The notes beneath the pieces are model-generated. The model was not told the origin of the DNA, searched no databases, and saw only the letters and a list, made by a program, of their open reading frames with translations. A program made the position numbers and the translations under genes. This document shows, piece after piece, positions 41,558-52,812 of a stretch of 64,000 bases of DNA; positions within the stretch are counted from its first letter, which is position 1, and each line of letters begins with the position of its first letter. The DNA comes from Salpingoeca rosetta (Eukaryota > Protista > Choanoflagellata): the NCBI GenBank assembly GCA_033442325.1, contig JAWQFM010000027.1:997047-1061046 (forward strand), in the 5' to 3' direction.

Positions 41558-43553
41558 TCATGGCAGGGTTGACAAGTGCGACAAATAGGCGCCCATGTCC
41601 ACCTTCACAAACACCTTGGCAAATGGGAGGACCTGCGCCTCTTGCGAAACGACGTACTCCTCAAAGGCAAACGTGCCAGGTGTGGGCGTGGCCTGTAAGT
41701 TGGTGGCGCGTGTCACCTGCGCATAGTGGGTGTCTTGGCTTTCATCAAAAGGCTTCCCATAGTAGGAGCATTCATTCGAGCCATGGGGGTAATCTGCGGC
41801 CCGGGTGATCGGGTATGCCAGGCCAACGCTGGCAGCGCACAGGAGCATCACGTGCTCTCCATTTGCATTGGATGAGCGCAAATCACCATTCAACAAAACA
41901 CGCGTGGAGTACCCTGCGGCATAGCTTGTCTGCGGTGTGAGGTAGATGCCAGATCCGAAGAAGCCACGGTCGCCCGGGCTGCTAAAGTTCGCTGCCCCGC
42001 ACGCACTGATGCTGTCAGCGACAGCCTCGTCACACCCATGGAAACCCACAAGGATGTTGACGTGCTTCAAGCCGGTGCGTGTTTTTGCAAACTGCATCTT
42101 GAGTTGTTTGAGCATGGCGCGCTTCTCTGGATCACCAAGCCCAAAGTCCTTGTTGAATTTGTTTGTTGTTTTCGTGTCACCACGACGCGTTGCCGACCGC
42201 TCCACCTGCGCTTTGAACGCCCGCAGCATCATGGTGGACTTGATCATCTCCACGCGCGACAGGGTGAGGCCCGGCGTCATCCGGCTCTCTATCCACCGGT
42301 ACAAGTCAGTGTCTGGTGGCAGTGGTGCTGAATACACTCCATGTTCACTTGGCCCCCTCCATGGAAGCTGCTCATCAAAGGCATCGTCGAGCCGCCATGC
42401 AGGGTGGTGCCATTCGTGGTCGCGCAACTGCCAAGACGGCATGACAGGTGGCGGATGCGCGGGCGCCTGCAGCAACAGATCGCCAACGCGATCGGACACT
42501 GGGTTCTGGCTTTCCCTGTGGTGCGTGGACGTGACGAGCTCGTCTGGGTCCTTGCCTGTCAGGTCCCCAAGCTTGTGAGCGGCTGGGTATTTCTCGTGGC
42601 GCTTCAGGTGTTTTGTGCTGAGGACGAGGTGGACATGGTCAATCCCTCTTGCTTCCCCTTGTAGCACAGACAGCACCTGTCATCAACACCGCAAGTGAGC
42701 AGAGGATGGAATGAGGGTGAAAAATCAAAGCTGGCCATTCGCTGGCAAGTGAAGGGACAACACAACGCAAGCTCACACACAACACACACACGCCCACAAG
42801 CACTCACATTCGCTCACAAACTGACTTTTGTCATGAACGGCAGGGCCTTGTGCTCTGCGCCAGAAGGCGCCCGCACCCAGACGTCCACTTCTCGTTCGCC
42901 TCGCAGCAGTCCGAGGCACTGCACGCCATCGTGTTCACAGAAAAAGGCGTCTGGCCACACCTTCAGCGTTGCGCCAAAAGACTTGTGCAACAAAGTCTGC
43001 ACGTGTGGGAAGAAGCCAGGTGGTAATGCAAGTGCTTTGCTCTCGACCACCAGCAGTCGTCCACCGTAGACGGGCCAGAAGCCCGTTCGAGGCCAGGCGG
43101 TTGCGAGATCGGCCTTCTTCTCAACACGGCTCGGCAGCATGAATTGCCGCTGGCCATCGTTCGAAGGCGGCAGCTCGAAGCAGAGGAGCGTGTGCTGCAG
43201 CACGCTGATGACAAGATCTGCGGTGGCAATGCCTCGGAATGCGGTTTCCAGGTCCGTGAAGGTCACGACGCCTTTCTTTGTGATGGAGCCTTGCTGCACG
43301 CCATCCGGCGTCAGCGCTCTCCCCAACACGTCATGAAGCAGCCAGTTCGGGTCGACGAAGACGAAGTCCGCCAGGGAGGGCGTGCTGGAGTACCAGAGCA
43401 GATCGCCGCGTGTGTGGAGGTACCTGTGGACATGCAAAAAGTATGGGTTAGCAGGGAGTGGAGGGTGTAAACGCGCAACACATGATTGAGGGATGAAAGT
43501 GTGACTACCATGAAACTCCTCAACTCCTACGGCCAAACACACACGCACACACG

Positions 43554-43612
<59 letters not shown>

Positions 43613-46600
43613 ACACGCACACACACACACACACATACACACACCAAAAGCACACACGCACACATTGTACTTGCCTGAGCGTTTGGTGGAAGGTGCCCTC
43701 TTGGATCGCGGAGATGAGGTCGATGCCATTCCCGCTGCCACGAACAAAGTCCAATAAATCACCCACGCTCCACATCGCCTTGTTCTTCACTGCTTTCTTT
43801 AAGGCCCCTGCCACTTCATTCACCACCTGTGGCACCAACACCTCTCGCCCTCTCAGCCAATGCCAATGGTCAACAAGCTGTGATCGGAGCACATCAAAAC
43901 CGGCCTCGCCGCCCTGATGGCAGTTGAGAGTGATGAAGCTGTCTTGGATATCGACGATGTCGCCAAATAAGAGCGAAGAACCGGGTTTGGTTGATTGTCT
44001 CCTCAGGTCCGCGACCATCGCTGTACCCCAGGGCGGATGACCATGTTCATCAACAAGCGCCTTATCGCGAGCAAGATCCCTCTTGGTGCCCGCGATCACG
44101 ACGCGCGGCTTCACCTCTTCCATGGCACCGCCGTCTGCCGTTGCTGTGGCTGCTGCAATGCCCTGCTGCAGTCGCGTGCAGATGAACTGCAGCCAGTAGT
44201 TGGCGCGCTCCTTCACATGTTCTTTAGGCTCAGAGAGGTCGACGCAGACGACAAAGGCAGCGAAGCGATCCGACATCATCAGCGTGTGGATGACGTGATA
44301 TGCGAGCTGCCCACCAAAATCGTACACGCGAAGAGAAGCAGCGTTGTCACCGTCGCTGCCTTGGCTTGTGGTGTCTTTCAGCTTCATTTCACACACCCGA
44401 ATGCCGGGTGTGCGCTCGTTTGAGCGGTCTGGGTCATTTGCTGGTTGGAAGATGGTCCGTGTGAAGCGGCGAAACAGACTGCCGGGAAGCGACTCAATCA
44501 TGGTCGTCTTGCCGATGCCGTAGTCGCCGCAGACGAACACCTTCGCTGTCTCAAGAGGGACGGAGCCTGTTTCTAGCAGCCTGAGAAGATCGAGCCGGTC
44601 TTGATAGGCGGCCTTGGCGGAAGAGTCAAACTTGTCCTCTGAATCAAAAGGCCTGAGGAGAAGAAGAAAGCAGAGTGGACGGTGAATGAGGTTCGGTGTG
44701 AAGGGTGGTTTGAACAAGAGTAAGTCTGTCACTGTACTGCTGTACGAACTCACGCGAAGACAACGTTGATGTCTGGCTGCTTGGTGCGGAGCGTGGCCAG
44801 TGCACGGGCAACTGCAGTGGAGGATTTGAGCTTGTCCTCAAACAGCCTGTGATGCCGTGAAGAGGGAATGTGAGATGAAAGAAATTGAACTGAAATTGAT
44901 TCGGTGCATGTGGGTGGAGCAAGGTCGCAAGCACACGAAACTCACCGAATCTTAGCCTTGGCGTCGATGTGTTGCAGCTGCTTCAGCACATTGACCATGC
45001 CACGCTCCGTGATACGATTGCGGCCAATGCTGTTGGATGAGATGGAGAAACAGGTGAGTTGGCGACAGGAACGAAGCGGGTCACTGTTGCAATCAGGAAC
45101 ACGCCCTACTTGCTTGCACCAGGTACGAGCGGCGGCAGTGACAGCGCAACAGCGACGCAGCCCATTTCCATCCATACATGTACATGTGTGCGTGTACACA
45201 CTCACCCGAGCCATGTGAGGGTCGTGTTGTGCTTCAGCATCTCCGCCAACGCCACAGCGCCCTCATCGCCGATGGAGTTGGCCCCCAGGCTGTCAAGATA
45301 ATGTGATGCCACACAAAGCGATGGTGCCACATGGGTGAGGAAGAGTGAGTAAGTGCGTGATGATGATTGCTGTGGGTGGCAACACAGTCGTTGAACCACA
45401 CATGGGCACATGTGCACATGATAAGGTGCAACAGCAGTGACGCAGCATACATGTGCATGTATGCATGTCCACACTCACTTGAGTCCTGTGAGGGTCGTGT
45501 TGTGCTTCAGCATCTCCGCCAACGCCACAGCGCCCTTATCGCCGACGCGGTTGCGTTCCAGGCTGTCCAGATGGTATAATGCCACGAAGGGCGATGATGC
45601 CACATGGGTGAGGAAGAGTGCGTGAGTGATGATGATGATTGCTGTGGGTGGCAACACAGTCATTGAACTCATCCTACCCCACCACACGTGTGCACATGAA
45701 AAGGTGCAACAGGCAGTGACGCAGCATACATGTGCATGTGTGCGTGTACACACTCACAAGAGTCGTTCGAGGGTCGTGTTGTGCTTCAGCATCTCCGCCA
45801 ACGCCACGGCGCCCTGGTTGCCGATGGAATTGCCCTCCAGGCTGTCAAGACGGTATGGCGAATGCCACACAGGGCGATGATGCCACATGGGTGAGGAAGA
45901 GGGAGTGAGTGCGTGATGATGATTGCTGTGGGTGTCAACACAGTCATCAACCACACATGTGCACATGATAAGGTGCAACGGCAGTGACGCAGCCCCTTTC
46001 CATCCACATATGTGTGCGTGTACACACTCACTAGAGTTCTTTGAGGGCCGTGTTGTGCTTCAGCATCTCCGCCAACGCCACAGCGCCCTCATCGCCGATG
46101 GAGTTGGCCCCCAGGCTGTCAAGATAATGTGATGCCACACAAAGCGATGGTGCCACATGGGTGAGGAAGAGTGAGTAAGTGCGTGATGATGATTGCTGTG
46201 GGTGGCAACACAGTCGTTGAACCACACATGGGCACATGTGCACATGATAAGGTGCAACGGCAGTGACGCAGCATACATGTGTGTGTGCGTGTACACACTC
46301 ACTTGAGTCCTGTCATGGTCGTGTTGTGCTTCAGCATCTCCGCCAACACCACGGCGCCCTGGTCGCCTATGGAATTGTTGTCCAGGCTGTCAAGATGGTA
46401 TGATGCCACACAGGGGGATGATGCCACATGGGTGAGGAAGAGCGTGATGATGATTGCTGTGGGTGGCAACACAGTCATCAATCCACACATGTGCACGTGA
46501 TAAGGTGCAACGACAGTGACGCAGCATACATGTGTGCATGTGTGCGTGTACACACTCACTAGAGTGTTTCGAGGGCCGTGTTGTGCTTCAACATCTCCGC

Positions 46601-47856
46601 CAACGCCACGGCGCCCTCATCGCCGATGGAGTTGTTGTACAGGCTGTCAAGACGGTATGGTGGATGCCACACAGGGCGATGATGCCACATGGATGAGGAA
46701 GAGTGAGTGAGTGAGTGCGTGATGATGCTCGCTGTGGGTGGCAACACAGTCATCAACCACACATGTGCACGTGAGAAGGTGCAGGGGCAGTGACGCAGCA
46801 TACATGTGTGCGCATGTGTGCGTGTACACACTCACCTGAGTTCTTCGAGGGTCGTGTTGTGCTTCAGCATCTCCGCCAACGCCGCAGCGCCCTCATCGCC
46901 GATGGAATTCCATCGCAGGCTGTCCAGATGGTATAATGCCACGAAGGGCGATGATGCCACATGGATGAGGAAGAGTGAGTGCGTGCGTGCGTGATGATGA
47001 TTGTTGTGGGTGGCAACACAGTCACCAATCCACACATGGGCACGTGTGCACGTGATAAGGTGCAACAGGCAGTGACGCAGCACACATGTGTGTGTGTGTG
47101 TGTGTGCGTGTACACTCACCTGAGTCGTTCGAGGGTCGTGTTGTGCTTCAACATCTCCGCCAACGCCACAGCGCCCTCAGGACCGATGGAGTTGCCCCAC
47201 AGGCTGTGCAGACACACAAGAACCGCAGGGAGCGACGGTGAACACACGTCCAAACATGCGCAAGCAGGGGAGGAGAAAGGGGTGCAACATGCAACACCGC
47301 CATCCCAATCAACCATGCATATCACACGATGCAGATTCATCATCACCACGCACTAGAGTCGTTTGAGGCAGGTGTTGTCCTTGAGCGCCTCGGCCACCGC
47401 ACGCGCCTCAATGGCGCCGAGGCCATAACCACCCAAGCTGTAATTCCAAATGGTGTGTGTCATGAAATGAGCAAGAAGACTGAGGATCGAGACAGAGCAA
47501 AACCATGAGGGTGCCAGTCCCAACCTGCCACAAACACACACAGTGTGTCCAGGCGGTGCGAGGGGACAGGACACACACGTGAACACCCAACAGCAAGCCA
47601 CACCACGCTCATTGCAACACAAGGACAAGCCAAGCAGAGAGAGAGGGGAGAATAAGCACAACCACAACAAGTGTCCTTGTGTCCAACACATACATGTTCC
47701 AACATGTCGTTTTGGTTGCTTTTGCACTCACTTCTCATAATCCCCACACGTGTTGTTGGCGATGGCCCTGATCTTGTGCTTCACCCCATCCATCAGCTTC
47801 GTCTGCGCCAGCAACGCCTCCACCTCCTCCCTCGCTCTCTTCTCTCCGCCGGACAT
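41558..47856 (-). CDS. Roco-family protein: RI-type LRRs, Roc GTPase, COR, C-terminal PARP-like (H-Y-E) ADP-ribosyltransferase; about 1250 aa, 15 exons
   Basis: Exons 47856-47732, ten 84-nt LRR exons (47437-44946), 44846-44754, 44652-43675, 43423-42826 and 42676-41558 total 3753 nt with no internal stop. Roc: GDYGIGKTT, RTPGI, YDFGGQ, GTKRD. COR: LRYLHTRGDLLWY...FVFVDPNWL, LCFEL, LPPGFFPHVQ. ART: GFHG, GFFGSGIYLT..SYAAGY, MLLCAASVG, EEYVV...QVLP. Confidence 0.9.
44946..47437 (-). repeat. Tandem array of ten 84-nt (28-codon) phase-2 LRR exons with homologous introns (period about 257-284 bp in the core)
   Basis: Exons at 47354-47437, 47120-47203, 46836-46919, 46560-46643, 46303-46386, 46032-46115, 45758-45841, 45479-45562, 45206-45289 and 44946-45029. 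Consensus xLxxNSIGDEGAVALAEMLKHNTTLxxL. Seven internal introns share gtgagtgt..., ...gttgccacccacagcaatcatc... and ...catgtggcatcatcgcc...gacag. Confidence 0.95.
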
Positions 47857-48801
47857 GGCGACGGCGCGTCGTCTTTTCTCCTTGTGGCTTGTTGTGACGT
47901 GCTCGTGAGTGGCTGGAAGAAGAGACGACGACAAAATGGACGACGACTCAACGCGCTGCTTTTTGTTTCCTTTGTTTTGTGTGTGTTGTTGTTGTTTTGC
48001 GACTCAGCCATTGGACGATTCGCAAAACCTTACAGAGGTTATCCGCACAGCAGCGCTTCCGTGGAAGATGTTCGTCAACAATCTCTTCGAGCCCTCGTTG
48101 TCGACAGGAACACAACAAACAAACAGGATGAAGTGCGTCCAGCCAGCAACCCGACTCTCTTGTCGCCGAAAGGAACAACAGCCGCGCCCTCCTCGCTTGG
48201 CCTTGCCTGGTTGGTACAACACACCAATGTCTGTAGCCACATCAACACCACAAACATCACCGCCGCTCCACCACCACCACCGTCAAGCGGGTCTCATCAT
48301 CTTCATCGAGCCATTTACTGAGGAAAGAACAGGTCCGCCACACAACCCACAAACAACGCCCCCAGCCCAACACACATCAACACACACACATCCACACATC
48401 CACACACACAGCAGTGCCCAAATGCAACAGGAAGCCAAGCCAACCAAACAACAGCCAACCCCTCTGCACATCAAACAACACCCTCCAGTCACAAGCCAGA
48501 ATCAAACACACACAGCAGCAGCAGCAGCACACATCCACCAACCACACCAAGAACGTGTTCAGCCGTACACAGCGCCAAACAATGAAAACAACAGGCAAGC
48601 ACAAGAAGGGCGTGACATAAGCAAGCAAGCAAGCAGGCGAGAGGGAGAGTGAAGGAAGGGAAGAACAGAAGAGAAGAGAAGAGAAGAAGAGGGAAGAGAA
48701 CAAGAAAGGGAAACAAGAGGAATGCGACAAAGGAAGCGACAGCCATTCAGCCATTCCTCCAACTGGTGCACAAGTTGACACGACACATCACAACATGGCG
48801 A

Positions 48802-51700
48802 CTACGCGGACGAGCTAAGTGCCTCAACAGCGCGCTGCACGCGGGCGTGCGCCTCGGGATCCTGCATCAACTGCCCCAACACACCGTGGGCAGGCGAATC
48901 CTGCATGTTCTACGAGAGGAAACGACACGAGGGCGTGAGAATGAGGAGAGGAAAGAGGAGGAGTGTGAGAATGAGGAGGAAGAGGAGGATGGGAAAGTGC
49001 ACGAAGTACGCGACAGTCGCGCATATTCGAGGCAGCAAACACACACCCACACACACACACACATCACATAAATCACACACAACACAACCCACGCACCATG
49101 AGGCTGTGTACATGCCCTGGCAGTGGGGCTCGTCGACGGCGGCCGCGGGGGTGCCAATCACCTGCACAAACAAACGCCCGCACAATCTTCACCGGGCTCT
49201 CAGGCGCGGTCACGCGTGGATGTTGCCGACTGAAGCAACAACAAAAGGAAGGAGAGGTACAGGAAGCAATGGGGGAGGGGACGTGGGTCAGTCGGGAACA
49301 AGAACGACAGGCGGCAGAGCACACCACCGACACATGCACACACACACACACACACACACATACACACATACACAGACACACACAAAACACGGTCGTAGCA
49401 CTCACGCTTGGAGGAGCTCGACGAGGTGTGTGAAGATGTACTTTGCCTCATCGTCGTCTTCTGTAATGGGCAGCCAGTCAAGCAGATGTGTCAGCACCTC
49501 GTCTGTGCAAGGGTTGGTGGTGGATGGGTGGGTAAAGAATAAGCGACGACAACGTGATAACAAGAGCAAACAACCAACGCAAAAGGACGGCGAAGGAGTG
49601 TACCAACGCACGCACACACACACACACACAACCACACACACCTCTGAGAGGCCGTGTGCTGGGTTGCGTGCAATCTTGACAAAGACGGAGATGCAGTTCT
49701 TGGTCGCGCTGGTGTTGGGCGATTCGCGGGAGCCGGGTACCCTGGATCACAGCGAGCAGCGACTCAACAGCCTGAACGCGGCAGGACGACAAGGGGTGGC
49801 AGTGAGGCTTGGCAAGCCGAAAGTGGAGAAAGGAGGGAAACGACGAAGCGACATGTTCGGACATGTTCACTCACTCACACACACATACACACACACACTC
49901 TCTCTCTTGACCTTGAGCGCACCTTGTGTGGATGTACGAGGGTTGTGGATCCTCCTCCTCAATCTGGGCGGTACTGGCTCGCATAATGCGCATGAGCTCG
50001 TGTGCATCCGGCGCAAACATGTCCTTGCAGACAGACACGCCCATCAGGCCGCGCAGCATGCGGTATTGCCTGTCGTTTGCGTGTTGGAAAATGTTCTTCA
50101 TAAACGGCACAGAATCGTTGTCGTAGTCCAAGAACCGCTCCTGCGCCACGTTGGCCAGCACATGCATGCGAACCAGAAACACGATGGCCACCTCCTTGCT
50201 GCCGCTGCAACCAGTGAGGAGTGCAAGCACACCATCACCTCGTCAACTGCCGCTGTTGTTGTCATGGCGTGCAGCACCACCACATCAACCGCCACAATCA
50301 CGGCCAATCCCTCTTCCAACAACAGTGTGGTGGTCCACGAGCCAACAGCATCCAACGCAGTGAGCTGCTTGAAACCGGCAGTGTGCAGTGACGGCTGTGG
50401 CCGCGGGGTGTGATGCCTCGCTGGCACAAGATGAGGTGGCGGAACACAGCAGCAGTTGTGGTTGAAGCTGAGGTGATTGAGATGGGCAGGGAGAAGCACA
50501 GCTAGCAGCAGCGGGAAACTGGCTGGCAAAGGGCCTTGAGTGCACCGCCACAACGCCGCGCAGGACAGCAAGCAGTGCAGCTGTTGCTGTGTCAATGTGG
50601 TGTGGTTGACGATGGCGTGAACACGCATGCATGCACACACAGAANNNNNNNNNNNNNNNNNNNNNNNNNNNNNNNNNNNNNNNNNNNNNNNNNNNNNNNN
50701 NNNNNNNNNNNNNNNNNNNNNNNNNNNNNNNNNNNNNNNNNNNNNNNNNNNNNNNNNNNNNNNNNNNNNNNNNNNNNNNNNNNNNNNNNNNNNNNNNNNN
50801 TGCTGCAGCAGCAGAGCCTGCGCTGGGCCCGAATCGGTGTGAGCACGCGTGCAACGGGAGGGTGGGGAGCAAGATGCAGCGCCCCACTGGGCGGGGGGTG
50901 ATGCGACCTGTGTGAAGACACAAAAGGAGAGAAGGGAGAACTGACGATTAGAAGCTGTCGTGCACGACGTGCCAGTGCAGCCCTGCATCAGCACATTGGG
51001 GGCGTTGAATGGTGTTGTATTGACGAGGCGTGGTCGGTGTGCGTGGTTGCTTCGACATGCGGGAGGGGCAACGAGTGCAAATGAATTCAATCACACACAT
51101 ACACACACACATACACACACACACACGTTTTGTGTGGCGCTGGGAGCGATGTCTGCTGGTGCGTGTCAACCAGCAGTGCCAGTGGTGTCAGCCATGGCGG
51201 CATGGAAGCGGAAGTGTGGTGGTGGGATCCTTCACCTCAGTGCACATTCCAGCCACCACGCTGGAGACCACGGGCTGGCTCACTGTCTCCATGCCCGTGC
51301 ATGGCACCGACCACCGTCTGACAGCGGTGATGACAATGTCAGCGGCCTGCTCTGAAGCAAGCACACATCGTGACAGGGGTAAAGGAGAGAGAGTGTGTGT
51401 GTGGGGGGGGGTGTGATTGACGAGGGGAGGTGGTTGACAAGAACAAGGACGTGCTGAGGGGAGAACTTGGGGAGGAGGAGTGCAAACTGTGGTGTGCATG
51501 TCGCGTCACGCAGCGCATTGAGGTGCAGTGCAGTGGAGTGGAAATCCCAGGCAACACCCCCCACGTCATCAGCCATGCACATACCAATACAGAGCGAGAG
51601 AGAAGGAAGTGCCTCTTGTTGTCGTGGCACACGGTGATGGCACGCGCTCAAGGACACGGTGCTGTCATTCAAGCCACCATCATCATCCTCATCGTCAGCC
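48802..51700 (-). pseudogene. IPO5: Degenerate intron-containing importin-5 (karyopherin beta-3) copy
   Basis: VLANVAQERFLDY...FMKNIFQHANDRQYRMLRG[deletion of the KTIECIS equivalent]LMGVSVCKDMF...EEEDPQPSY; SATKNCISVFVKI; DEVLTHLLDWLPITEDDDEAKYIFTHLVELL. There is a frameshift in the exon near 49740, and roughly 300 aa of HEAT repeats are missing between adjacent exons. The 5' boundary is approximate. Confidence 0.75.
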
Positions 51701-52557
51701 TGCAAAACAGGTGGTGGTGGTGGAGATGAAGACGCGCAGCGTTGCAGCCAAAAGCAAAGGGGGAGGTGAGAGGCATGTGACTTGAGATGTGTGAGTGAAG
51801 GGGGGGGTGAGTGGAGAAGAGAGGGTGTGCAGAGAGCAGGTCAAGCAAGGGGTGTGCAAAGGAAAGAAAGGGAGAGTGGACTGCGAGGCAGGGAGGAACA
51901 GTGTAAAGGAAGCAGAGCTGTGAGTACAACACACACGCACGCACCACGTGGTGGCCGTGTCGCTCGTCCAAGTGGAGTGAATGAATACACGTCCCTTTGT
52001 TTGGCTTGCTTGCTCGCTTGTTTGGCTTGCTCGTCTGCTTGATTGATTGATTGATGGATTGCATGTGTCATTGTCGTCATCAGCAATATCCCCCCTGCGG
52101 CTCCCTGCTGCTGCTGCTGCTGTTGTTGCTATTGTGGCTGAGTGTGACCAAACCACCACCGCCAACCACCACGACGCACCTTCCCATCCATCCTTTCCTT
52201 TCGTCGCAGCGAATGTGTGTGTGTGTGTGTTCGTGCATTGCGCGCAACCAGCGTGTCTGTGCAGAAGAAGACGGGAAAAGCTGAAATCAGTCGATGACAC
52301 GACGACTGTGGAGATGTAGCAGCCCAAACTCGCTTGCTTGCACTCGCTTCTTCTTCTTCTTCTTGTTCTCTTTGGTGCAGTGCACACAGCGAGGCAAGGC
52401 AAGGCAAGGAAGGAAGGAGGGGGTGATGTGGCAGTCACCGCAACAGCAGCATGGGGAGAAGAGAGATGTGGGAGAGGGGAAGAGGAGATTGTTGGCGATC
52501 GCTACCCAGTCACCAACAGCCAACCAGACCAATGTGGAAGAATGGTCTTTGACGCAC

Positions 52558-52662
<105 letters not shown>

Positions 52663-52812
52663 CACACACACACACACATGCACACACACATGCACACAAA
52701 GTAGGCGTCACGTCAACGATCCCCAGGTGAGCCAACACACATCATGCCCACTGTTCCTTTCTCGACTTCTGCTTCTTGTTCTTCTTTTTCTTGGGCACTA
52801 TTCGTTCGCTCC

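Noticed and set aside
45290-47119. CACAGTC in each LRR intron resembling the V(D)J RSS heptamer CACAGTG, and the array's superficial CRISPR-like regularity
   Set aside because: Only a 6/7 match in a CA-rich genome with no nonamer at 12 or 23 bp spacing. The repeats are spliced coding exons with homologous introns, with no unique spacers or cas genes.
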